A stretch of 64,000 nt of DNA. It comes from Proteromonas lacertae. Its lineage: Eukaryota. Below, one piece after another: positions 26,708 to 39,040 of this stretch. The position numbers and the translations under genes were made by a program. Below the pieces are notes generated by a model. That model made no database searches. It was not told the origin of the DNA and saw nothing but the letters and a program-made list of their open reading frames with translations. Within the stretch, counting starts at the first letter, position 1. Each line of letters begins with the position of its first letter. The stretch lies in NCBI GenBank assembly GCA_002245135.1, contig NGBS01001161.1, positions 372,001-436,000 of the forward strand, written 5' to 3'.

Positions 26708-27960
26708 TTAACAAAAACAAAAATAATAACATGAAATTAAAAAATCATTTAACTTATTTATTTTTATATTACTTTGGGATGATAATAGTTTCAATAATTC
26801 ATCATCACTAACTTCGTTCTTACAGACATACATTATATGATTGGTATATAATTGATTCACACAATTGAATTTCTTTTTTTCTTTGTGAAGCAATAAATCA
26901 GAATCAATCACAATTACTCTATTCCATAATACTAAATGAAGACAAGAAACAGGAGTGGTATTCTTTGGAATTATTGGTTTTTGAATCATACATTTATTAT
27001 TTCTTCTTTTCTTCAATTCTTCTTCTGATAATGGAAGACATTCTTGAATACCTAAATAATGATATGTTGTTAATATTATATTATAATTCTCTATATATTG
27101 AGGAGATATCCATGATTTCTTATTTTTACCTCTGTGATTATATATTTTTAATGATTGATTGTTATTTTCAAACATTTTTGATACTTTATCAATAACAGAA
27201 GCAGGACAAATGATAAGCGATGGTAATGGTGATTCAGACACTATTATTAATATAATAATATTATAGATATACAATAAGATATTAAATAATCAAATAATGT
27301 TTGAATAATTGAATGAAATTGAATTGGTTTGTATAATAATATAACATTATTCTTTGATTCTTCTAATGAATGAATTCTTTCTATTTTGTCTTGAGATGTT
27401 ATAATTTCTGGTATATGTTGTGAAAATAAAAGTGATCCAACTGATACTGGTTTAACTGATAAATATCTTTTGTTTTTATAGGGAGATAGTGATTCTCTGA
27501 ATGAATCAATATTTATAGTAATATCAGTAGGATTCTTATTTGATTTTTTGGCAGACTGGATTGGTGACATAGATACACATGAATCAGTGTGAGTATTCCT
27601 AACATCACTTGAATTAATCAAACTAATTTTATTCTTTTCTTCTTCTACAGATATGAAAGATGTTGAATCATTATTATTGTTAGTATTTTGCAGACTGGTT
27701 TCTACAGAAAGTGTTGTTATATCATTATCACTTGGTATAATCTGAAAATCATCAAAAGAATTATTTGGTGAAACATTATTTGAGAACATTGAATTAAATT
27801 TAGAATTCTATTGAATATTACTGATTTCATATACAATTGAATCAGAATTAGCAAGAATTTGTTGAACAAGTTGATCAGCATAGTTTATATCATCTTGAGA
27901 TATATTTTTGTCGTCAACTTTTTGAATAATCAAGTCAGCATAAGAAATCCAATCAGTCAT
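26708..27960 (-). CDS. Protein with a degenerate Rad5/Rad16-type SNF2 N-terminal lobe only; two introns
   Basis: SLIICPASV (motif Ia), IILTTY, LHLVLWNRVIVIDSD in place of WxRxxLDEAH; no helicase-C lobe. Confidence 0.6.
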
Positions 27961-28062
27961 TTTGAAATATTGATGAATATAAAAATGAAAGCTTGATTAT
28001 GGTTTGAATTCAATTTTTAAAAAATCACAACAAAGAATAAATTTAGCTGATTCAATAACTTA

Positions 28063-30205
28063 TTAATGTTGTACAAAGTAAGATGTAATACTATTTTGAT
28101 TTATTTTTCTCTGTTTTGATGATGAATTGTCATTTTGTTGTGTATCTATATCCTTTCTTTTGGCTCCTACTTCACTATCATCATTTTCAGTATTATCCTC
28201 TACTATTCCATCAGATTTTGAATTATCATTAACAGCTTCAGCTTCTTCTTTTGAGGCATTATCACTAGTTGTTAAATCAACTGCATCACCTGAATCATCT
28301 TGTTCTTCACCAAATTCTGTAGTTGGCAACTTCAAAGTAGAAACATCAATTAATGTAGTTGAAATTCTCTTTTTAGTGGGTTGACTACTTGGATCAAATG
28401 TTTTATTGGTTGTAGTTGTTAAAGGTGATATTAATGTTGGAGTAATTCTTTTCACCTTTTCATTCTTTTTTGCATTTTGAAGTGAACTAATAATTGTTGG
28501 TTGTGTTGATGATGACGATGGCGGTGTTTGTAGTATTTTGGAGAGAGGAACGTTATCTTCATCATCCTCTTCTGATTGATGTTGCGATGTTGATAATGAT
28601 CTATGTATTATATTGAATAATATGAAAATACTTCTGTTTTACTTTCTCCATCATTTCTTTCATTACATTTGGATAATCTAGTAATAATAATTATTATTCT
28701 ATATACTATTCAATGGCAATAATTCTCCTAATTCATTTTCTTCAAATTGAATCATACTACAATAACCATCACTTGAACTAACCATTAATATATTACCATT
28801 TGGATGCCAAGCAATATCAGTCAATTGAGCATAATGAAGATCTTTTAAATAACATAGTGGATATGTATGTTCAGTATCATAGATTAAAATAGTATCAGTT
28901 GTACCAACAGCATATACAAAACGATAACTATATTAATATATATATATATATATATAAATTATACTTTGCATGATATAAATTACATATTGACTCAGTATTT
29001 GGATTGTACTTATCAGTTAGTTTATAAGGTTTACTATAACATTTTATAACTACAGAAGGACGATTATCTAAAGGTAGGCATCACAAATTGTGGTTCATTA
29101 TAATTATCTTTAACAAATACTAAGGAAGATGCAATTTCAGTTGAATCTTCAGATGATTTATAGATAGATGATGGAACTAACAACATACAACCATCAGGAG
29201 TGAATGTTAAACGTCTAAAGTAAGATGCTAATGCATCATCATAAAAAGCATTTATATTTATGTTGTTTAATAACTAAAGGAGTTGAAGATGGAGGTGTAG
29301 CGGTAGTAATGGAATTTGTTGTTGTTGTTGTTGAAACATCATTATTCATTTTATTATCAGTTTTTATTGGAGTTTTATCTGATGTTGTGGATATTGCATT
29401 TGTCTGATTATTATTAGAAGTTGTTGTTGTTTGTGGTGGTATTCATTCCTTGTTGTTGTACTTTTGTTGTATATGTTATTCTATCAACTGTAGCAACACA
29501 ATTCAATTGTGGAAATCGAGTATAATCATTTATTCCTCTGTTTTTGTCTTTATTTCTGAATATTTTCATTGATCTATCAGCACTCATTGAGACAATAACA
29601 CGATCATTGGGATCCCATGCAACTCCTTGTACAAAATTGCAATGACCTTCTAAATTCTGAATTTGATGATCTATTTCATAACATATACAGAAATACTCTT
29701 CTCTACATCCCATACTATTACTCTATTATCAATTGATCCTGATACTAAGTTCTTACTATATGGAGACCAAGCTAAATCATAAATTGGTGATGAATGTCCT
29801 CTTAAATAACTTCTTATTAAATCTTTTTCACTACTAACAGAGGACCATGTTGTTTTCTTGTCTAAATTTAGAGACCAAATTATAATTATGTTATCATCAC
29901 CTCCAGAAGCGAGATATTTATCTAATTAATATATTATCTTATTATACTATCCGGAGAAAATCTACAACAGTTAACAGCACTCATATGTCCTTTTAGAGAT
30001 GCGATATACTCAACCTGTTTTTCTCCTTTCAAATTTAACATCCATAACTATATAATATCAAAAATAGATATACTTTTAATTCACTGTCTGATCCTGCTGT
30101 CACAAATACACCAGATTCGTGAAAATCAATAGAAAGGATTGGAGCATTCTTTCCAGATAATATATCAGCTGGATGCCAAGCAATTTCTAATGTTATACCT
30201 TTCAT
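28063..30205 (-). CDS. CHAF1B: Chromatin assembly factor 1 subunit B (p60/Cac2), WD40; multi-exon, one apparent 1-nt indel near 29070
   Basis: TLEIAWH, PILSIDFH, VNCCRFSP, YDLAWSP, FVQGVAWDP, YFRRLTFTPDG, LHYAQLTDIAW, SSSDGYC, B-domain KRITPTLI. Confidence 0.9.
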
Positions 30206-30379
30206 ATTGTCTTTATATGATAAAATATGAGAAATATAAAATTTTCGCGGCAAACAATGTTTGAATAAATAATGTCATTTGGTAGTTTAATTATTTTAAT
30301 TATTTATTAATTAATTTTGGTTATTTATATTCCTACAACAAACACAAAAATATTGCAATATAAATAATAATAAAAGAAG

Positions 30380-32648
30380 TTATTCTGTTTTAAGTTTTTT
30401 AAACATTTCTAATCCTTCTTCATCGTTATTGTTATGCATAACATATTCTCTCTTAATTGCTGATTCATTCTGATAAGATGATTGAGGTTGTGGTGTTTGA
30501 TCTTCATCATCCTGATCATTTGTTTCTATTACTTTAGGATAAACAATATCATAACACTCTCTATGATAAAACTGCTGTTCACCTTCATTGAAACTAATCC
30601 ACATATTTATATAAACCATTTCTTCAGCATTTTCATTCCATTCTTTTTCAAATTCACCTTTACAATATTCACAAGTTGGATTTTCTACTTCTACTTCTGA
30701 TTCTGGTACAATTCCTTCTACTTTATTATCATTTTCATTATTATCATCTTCTTCCATTTCATCTTGTTTATTGTTTGCTAAACCTATTATAATTGTATCT
30801 CTCATTATTTCATTTGTGTTTTTTATTAATTCAAATTCATCAACTGTGTAAAATGTATTTCTATATTTTGTTCCTTGTAAGTAAATAGAATTATTATTAA
30901 CATGTTCACCTTTATGTTGTTCCAACTAAATAAATAAATAAGCGATAATGATATACCTCTTCAATTGCATATCTTAAACCACATAAATCACACTGTTTAT
31001 TCTGATATAACAAATTAATTAATTCTTTATTTTTTGTTATTTTATCTTGATTTGTTAATTTAAATTGCGGTTTTCTTACTTGTGAATAATATATATTTGA
31101 ATCTTCATTCTCAAAATCGGTTTTTAGTAATTTTAAAACTTCATTAATTCCATATTGACAGGTTGGAGGATCTAAATAATTTGATTCGAAATATATTGTT
31201 GTATCGAAGTTTTGACATAATTCAACACTTAATTCTTCAACATTCTATAATCATAATCATATAAATAATAATGTGTGTATATACTCTTAAAGGAATATAT
31301 CCTTCATTGTTAAATTGTCTTTTCACTTGAGTTTGTTGTTGTTGTTGTTGTTGATAATGTTGAGGTTGATGTTGTTGCTGTGGTATTTGTTGTCTATATG
31401 GTCGTGTTGATAATGATTGTAATGCAGACTATTGAACAATAAATATATATAATTTATACTTCAATATTATTCATTATTTCACTATTAAATGTTTTATTTG
31501 TTTTCCAAATTACTATTACTTTTACTATTTTCCCTTCAGGATCTCCCTCTTTGTATAAATTAACCATTATTTTTACTATTTGATTTTCAAAAAAATGTTT
31601 AAATGAATCTCCACAATTAACTAAAATTATATTAATTAAACATAAAATTGGATATCTTCTTCTCATTGATATCTATTCCGATTATATTATATATATTTTA
31701 TTTGTATAAATACAAGTGAAGTTTTTTCAACAAAATAATTAACAAAATCTAAGGCATTATTCATATTTTCTTTAGCGATATCCCTACACAACTCTAAAAT
31801 AGGTAGATCTGGGGTTTCTAATTTATCTACCTCTACATTAAACTTTGAAATTAATGTAGGATTACTAAATTGACGATAATGAACAATTGGTGCTATAAAT
31901 AAAAAAACATAAGAACAAACCAAAATTAATATAATTGCGCACATGTATAATAGAAAATACGGAGAGAAAAACATTATTTGAAGATATAAAAGAGTTTTTT
32001 TGAAAGAAAAAAATAATAAAATATAAATTAGTGTGAAACATACGTAGCTTCAATTCTTGACCTATTTATAACAATAAAAATGATGTATTAATACTTCTAA
32101 ATGATTCGAAAAGTGGTTGTATTCCTAAATGATCCTATAATATAACTTTCATCCAACAAAAATCATACAATAATTGGTGAGATAATCCCATCTTCAAAAA
32201 TGTGGTTTCTATTCCATACATACAGTAGTTTTGCTATTTTTGAATGAAGCGAAGAACTCATCTTTAAATGATATAAAAACTAAATGAAAATACTCTTTGA
32301 TAAGCTGATATTACTATTCTTCCTACCAGAGTGAAATCTCCCTCTAACCTTTCACTTTCTCTCCAGTAAATATATCCCGCGAACTTCAATACAGAGTCGT
32401 AAGTATATAAAATTGGTAAGATATTCGCTGCTGGTTGCTATAATCACTAAATATATCAAATATACGACAGTAGCTACTTTATCAATCAGATATTCCATAA
32501 AATTTCTCACAAATTCTGAATCTACACCATTATTCTCAACTATTTGAGTTATTTGAGTTATTGTGTCTATATCGGTATTACTTCCTAGTACCTTTAATTT
32601 CCTATCAATTTCCATAATAGCAGGCTCTATTTCATCCATATATACCAT
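30380..32648 (-). CDS. PCF11: PCF11-like cleavage/termination factor with two CTD-interacting domains and C-terminal zinc-binding regions; multi-exon
   Basis: CID1 ILPILYTYDSVLK...KLLYVWNRNHIF; CID2 RYPILCLINIIL...KVIVIWKTNKTF; QCDLCGLRY...QHKGEH; CEYCKGEFEKEWNE...YHREC. The two halves join in phase across a 151-nt intron (32043-31893); one apparent indel near 32330. Confidence 0.7.
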
Positions 32649-32786
32649 AAAAAAATAAATGAAGGTTTGAAATGCAATTAGACAATTTATATATAAAAAT
32701 CCTATTTAACTGTCCCATTCATATTATACTTCATAATTTGAAGTAAACAGAGTATACAACGTGAAAACTGTTATGATAATAGGTCT

Positions 32787-33592
32787 ATGGATGAAGAAAT
32801 ATTGAAACAATGTAAAAAGATAACTCAAGAGCTTCAAAAGAATAAAGATTCAGGTATTACGTCTTACTTTGTGATATTAATAGAACCATTCCGTGAACCT
32901 GTCCCATGGAAAGAATGGAAGCTATTTGATTACCCACAAATAATAAAAACACCAATGGATCTTTCAACTGTGATGGTATGACTTATATAATTTATAAACA
33001 CTTTAGAAACGATTGGATGGTGGATTTTATCACACACCAGGGGAATGGGTATCTGATGTCAAATTAATATGGACTAATTGCATGATTTATAACCAAGTAT
33101 GGATCTGTTCATTATAATAATAGGAACAATCTGAATATTATAAGTGTGCTAAAAGAATGAGCAGTTTATTTGATCAAAAAATAAAGAAAATAGCTGGATT
33201 AGATGATATCAAGTATATTTATATATTTATAAGGTAAATAATATTTATTATGTTATAGAGAAGCATCTTTAGAAGATAAAATGATATTTAGTGATATGCT
33301 ATATAAACTACAAGGTGATAAACTAGGTAAAGTAGTAACTATGCTGTTTGAAAAGTGTAAAGATTCTGTAACCAGGATAAATCAGAGTGAAATAGATATA
33401 CATTTAGACAAAATAGATAACGATTCATTTAGATGTATTGAAGCTTATGTTAAATCGTGTATTGGTGATAATTCTAATAATTCTTCAAATCAAAATGGAA
33501 ATGGAGTAGCAGTTAAGAGAGAAAGAAGTAATGATGAACAGAATGAACAGAATAAAAAAATAAAAATTGAAGAAACTAGTTCTGCTAATTGA
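32787..33592 (+). CDS. Single bromodomain + ET domain protein (BET/GTE-like), copy 1; four introns
   Basis: PFREPV, DYPQIIKTPMDLST, DVKLIWTNCMIYN; ET motif LGKVV...EIDIHLDKID. Confidence 0.9.
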
Positions 33593-33780
33593 AGGATATT
33601 AGTTTCTTTTTTTCTTCAATGTATGTTATTTAGTTATTATTTTTAAAAACATTTTTATATATTGTTTGGTCTGTGATGAAAAAATAAGAAAAATAAGTTG
33701 TTTCCACGAAAAGTTTCTACGAATTTTAATTTCTTTGTTTTCTGAAGCAATATTGCATTTTTAGATAGAATAAAAATAGA

Positions 33781-34555
33781 ATGGAAGAAGAAACACTAAA
33801 ACTATGTAAAAAATTAACTCAGGATTTATTAAAACATAAAGATTCGGGTATAGTGAATATTTCTTTATTTTTAGAGGCATTTAGGTTGCCAGTACCATGG
33901 AAAGAATGGGGCTTATTAGACTATCCGCATATTATTAAAAAGCCTATGGATTTGACAACTGTTATGGTATCTACTAATTATTTCACTCTAGTCTAATCTT
34001 GACAAACATTTCTACAAATCAATAAATGAATATGCGGAAGATGTGAAATTAATATGGACAAATTGTATGATTTATAATCAAGTATAATATATTGAGAGTT
34101 TTAATGGTATAAATAGGAAAGTTCAGATTATTACAGATTTGCTAAAACAATGCAAAAGTATTTTGATCAGAAATTAAGAAAATTGACAGGAAAAGATGAT
34201 TCCAAGTATAATAGTCTTGTATAATTGATTATAGAGATCCAATCAACAAAGAAAAGGCAATTTTAGCCAATGATCTTACCTAAATTATCAAATGAACAGT
34301 TAGGAAAAGTTGTAGCTATTCTATATGAGAAATGTCAAAGACTCAATTACGAAATTAAATACAACTGACATTGAAGTGCAGGTAGACAAGATTGATACTG
34401 ATAGTTTTAGATATATTGAATCATATGTTAAATCTTGTTTAGGAGGTGAGAATTCTGAACTTGCTCCTCCTGCGAAGAAAGTTTGTGTGAATGAAGCTAG
34501 AGCCAGTTCAAAACTTATAAATTTGATATATCTATTTATATATTACATTTTTTAA
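33781..34555 (+). CDS. Bromodomain + ET protein, copy 2; two apparent 1-nt insertions in the ET exon (assembly error or pseudogene)
   Basis: AFRLPV, DYPHIIKKPMDLTT, DVKLIWTNCMIYN; ET homology to copy 1 needs +1 shifts near 34280 and 34336. Confidence 0.75.
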
Positions 34556-34663
34556 TATTTTTAATTCTACTATTGAGGTACATAAATATAGTCAAGTCAA
34601 GCTTAATTAAAATTCTTTGAAAAGTCATTCTATCCCACATAATTTAACCAATATATATATTTG

Positions 34664-35436
34664 ATGGATGAAAAAGAAATTCAAAAATGCAGAAAAATAA
34701 TACAAATGCTTATTTCTTTACCTGAATCAGGTATATTGAACTACTTTAATATTATAGAACAATTTAGAGAATCTTTGCCTCATATAAAAGATGAAGGAGA
34801 TAATGGTACACCTAAATTTGGACTTAATATGATTCTTGTATAAATCTACTTTGACTGTTTTGTGTAGAAAAATTTGGATAGCCACCATTATGTATCACTA
34901 AAAGATTTCGAATCTGATGTTCAGTTAATATGGAGCAGTCAGCTTAGAGATGGTAGTGTATGTTAGTTTATTTATTACTAAATTCTAAATAGGATAATGA
35001 CGATAGTTATGAAAATGCTAAAAAAATACAAAATGTATATGAATTGCAACATAGAAAAGTTGGTAAATTGGATAGGATAAGAAATCCAACAATTGAAGAA
35101 AAGATAAGATTTTGTGATTTATTATGTAAATTATCTAAGAGTGATCTTCAAGCAGCAGTAGATAAAGTTCCAGAATTATATAGAACCAATAATGTACACA
35201 CTACAGAAGTGAAAATATTGGTAGATAAAATAGAAGCTGAACATTTTTATGATTGTGATTTATTTGTCAAGGAATGCATTGCTATTAAGAATAATAAAAG
35301 GAAGAGAGAAATGTTTACGAATAGTTATAATAGTAGTGAAGATGAGAATAACTCAAAAATGTCTAAAACAACAGATGATGATGATAATGATGGAGGAAGT
35401 TCATTAAGTAATGATGATGATAGTGATATCGATTAA
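34664..35436 (+). CDS. Divergent bromodomain-like + ET protein, copy 3; three introns
   Basis: First three intron positions shared with copies 1-2; FESDVQLIW; ET motif TIEEKIRFCDLLCKL...EVKILVDKI. Confidence 0.75.
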
Positions 35437-35550
35437 TTAGTATTTATTATATATTGTAATGTTTGTCTGAGGAAGTGTATGAAAGGAAATAAAGAAGAAA
35501 TTAATATGATAGGTTTGATTACCCTCAAATAATTCTCATCAAAATCAAAA

Positions 35551-36541
35551 ATGTCAGAACATGAATTTGATTATCAAATACCAATTGAAGATACAGACAC
35601 GTATCAAATGGTTTATCATGCTAACTATTTAAGAGTATTGAGTTTATTTTATTTTGAAGATTTTCGAAAGAGCTCGTTGTAATTTTTTTGGTTTCGATAA
35701 GATTAAGCAATTAAATGTATTAAGTTAATGTTTTTATGTTGTTATTTAGCAAAATGGTTTGAAATTAGTAGAAAAATCATATGATCAATTGAAATACAAT
35801 AAGTCTGCTGTTTTAGGCCAATTAGTTAAGGTTAGTACTACTATTATTTCAGTTACAGATACAACAATAAAGTTCTATCATCGTTTATTTGAATTAGGTG
35901 GGACAACATCTCTCATGGATGCAATTGCAGAAATAAATGTCAGGAATGATAAACTAGAAGTTGTTACTTTCCCAGATTATTTCTTTGATTATCAAGCTTT
36001 TGATTTGCCTATGTTTACTGGTTCAATACCTAATCCTCCTGTTCCACCAGCACCAGGAAAGGAACCTCCACACATATATCCTATAGTATATAAATTATTG
36101 TATTATATAATAGACTATTTATCCAGATAGATTAAATTCAGATGGTTTATTTACAACAAGAGAAGCTTTATGTTTCTTTGATCAAGCTAGAACAAAAGTA
36201 ATTGGCGGAGCTGAAGTTTTGCATAAAATGCAAGCAGAAGATAGTATTGTTATTAATGTTTTATAAAACTAATAGAATTGTTGGTTGTAGTTGCAAAAAT
36301 ACAAAAGGTAGAATGGAATTACAATGTCAAACCTGTTGAAACATTTGAACAACTTGAAGTAAGGACAGATACTTCACATTCAAGAGGTAATCCAATTGTG
36401 AGATTTTATCAAAGCATATGGAGAAAAGACGATAAAGAACCAATTGTTACTGCTGTAGTAATAAATCCATGCATTTCCGAAGATACAAAACAGTTTGCAG
36501 CTATGCCTTGGTTAATCACAAATAGTGGATTACAAAAATAA
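35551..36541 (+). CDS. Double hot-dog acyl-CoA thioesterase (YbgC/4HBT-like); four introns
   Basis: EDTDTYQMVYHANYLRIFERAR matches the DTDxxxxVYHxNYxxxxERAR motif; second domain has FFDQAR. Confidence 0.85.
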
Positions 36542-36585
36542 GTAATTTCATTAAAATAACACATTAGCTTAATTATATCTGATGT

Positions 36586-36951
36586 TCAAGTAGGTTTATT
36601 AACACTTTTTAACTAAATGACAATTATATACATAAAAGCATATACTAATATCTCTAATTCTTGAATTTTCTTTAGATATCTTTCTTTTTCTTCTTTTAGT
36701 TTAAGGTTTCTTAAATATTCACTGTTCAATTCAAAAAATGAGTCTCTGTTAATCAAATACTTAAGATATTCAACAGGATTAACAGTCCATTGATTACCAT
36801 CTTCATCATATTTTTCACATAAAGTTACAACTGCATTTATTACACTATCCAGTAATTTATACTTTTTCATTTCTGTCATAATCATTTCGAATTTATTTTC
36901 ATCAAACTATGTTGTAAAACTATATTATACATCATATTCTTCTTCATCCAT
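36586..36951 (-). CDS. Small MYCBP/AMY-1 (FAP174)-like protein; two introns
   Basis: LLDSVINAVVTLCEK...NPVEYLKYLI followed by a coiled coil; similarity judged by eye. Confidence 0.5.
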
Positions 36952-37024
36952 CAAGAAATATAGAAAAACAAATTATACAAGGTATTAATATAATACACTG
37001 TATTTTAAATATTTAAAAATTAGA

Positions 37025-38996
37025 ATGAATTTACTGTTTAGAACTGGCTATAAATTTGTATATAAGTATAAATATTATCATTTAGACAGAAATTGGACAA
37101 GATGAATTACCTTATGAAGTATTTCTATTAATTCATTTATTCTGTAAAAGATCGTTGAATCAATACATCCACAGTCATTATCAATGCTATATAGATGTAA
37201 AAATATAATTAATGAATCTGAGCCTGCAATCAAAGTAATTTCTGTTGCTGGAATAGATATTAAGAATATTACAAACTATGTATCGTTATTATTTCGATAA
37301 AATATGCATATAGAATAACAAAATAGCAATAGGAAATTCATGTTCATCACACATCATTCCAACAATGTCTATATACTATTGTTTTTGTGATCTTATTATT
37401 CAAATTAGACCTTATTACACTCATGATTCATTGAATGATATTAATTCTGTTGAATATTTTACTAATATAACACCATATCAACTTTTAATTCAAATATGTA
37501 AAGGATTGAAAGCATTAAAAGATAAGTCATTAATTCATGGGAATCTTTCTCCTTCTAATATCTTATTTGATGAAAAAAACAAAGTTGTACTTTCAGATTA
37601 TTGTAAATATGTATTGTATGAAAATAACAATGATAATAAAATCAATAAAAATGCCAATTTAAATTCATTAAAGCATTATAAGTTTAACAGTCCAGAGCAT
37701 TTGAATGGAAAAGAAGTAACATACAGTTCTGATGTATGGAGTTTTGGATGTATATTATACTATATTTATACTGGAAATCCTCCTTTTAATGATAATAATA
37801 TTGTAGATTTATATGGCAATATGATTTCAGGTAAATTCTATCCATTGATATGTAGAAAGAGTGAAGAAATTAATACACTTCTTTCAAAAATATTCATAAA
37901 TGATGAAATAAATAGATTAATAATTGAAGAAGTAATAAAAGAAGTAACAAATATTAAAAATACAATTGGTTTTACTGATGATAATGTAATGATATTATTT
38001 CATGTTGAAAATGAAAAAACAATTGATTATTTGGTTGATAAAATCAGAAGTCAAGAGTTTATATTTGACCATGAAATCATATATATTGTTAGAAAAGAAA
38101 GTTATCTTTTAAAAACTATATCAGATTATAATAAATTGATAATGTCAGTTTATACTCCTACTTTAAAAGACATTTTAATGAATTATCTATACACATTCAT
38201 CAAAATTTGTTTTTTATATCCATCATTAGTTGAATATATTCTATTTCATATATTAATTAACGTTAAATCAATTGAATATATCATAATTAATGGTATTAAA
38301 AAAGGTAATACATTGTGTATAACTAAACAGAATTTCAATAACAAAGATGTAGAGTTTTTGGGTTGTGTTTTAAGAAGATCAGCTAACATTGAAAAACTAG
38401 ATTTACCTTGTATATATATTATTAATATTGATATAGCCAATCTTTTAAATCCTCTCATTATTCGTTTTTTAAGTGAACAATTCAGATATTTAACATCTTT
38501 AAAATCACTCAACTTATGTAGTATATTATATCTAATCATCTTATATTATATAAAGATAATCCAATTCAACCTTCAGGAATTGAAGATTTTAGCAACAATC
38601 TGTTTTACCTTACAAATTTGGTAAATTTGAATATCTCAAATGATATGATTGGAGATAAAGGTATAAGGAGTATAAGTTATAATCTAAGTAATTTAAAAAA
38701 CCTTCAACAATTTGATATTTCTAGTAATGAAATTACTGATAGAGGTTTGTATTACTTTTTGGAAAGTGTGAATGAATTGTTGGCATTAGAGGAATTGAAT
38801 TTAAGTCGTATGAATAGCTAATTATATATTTATAGATAATGAAATTGAAGATGATGGAATGGAATTATTGTGCAATAAACTTGTTGATCTTCCTTCATTA
38901 AAATCTCTTAATGTTGGATTTAATCAAACAACCAATGATGGTATATTCAAAAAACTAAAAAGAGAACATCCAAATAAGTTGTTGGATATTAATTGA
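37025..38996 (+). CDS. Pseudokinase fused to C-terminal RI-like leucine-rich repeats; multi-exon
   Basis: AIK, IHGNLSPSNILF, SDYC, SPE, SDVWSFG; LRRs such as LKSLNL, LVNLNISNDMIGDKG, LQQFDISSNEITDRG, LEELNLS. Confidence 0.85.
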
Positions 38997-39040
38997 ATGA
39001 TATAAATAAAAAAAACAATTTGTAAAATAATGAAATTTGA

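Noticed and set aside
31687..31974. 95-aa ORF with apparent signal peptide (MFFSPYFLL...)
   Set aside because: Its hydrophobic N-terminus lies within the predicted 151-nt PCF11 intron; the rest is a PCF11 exon
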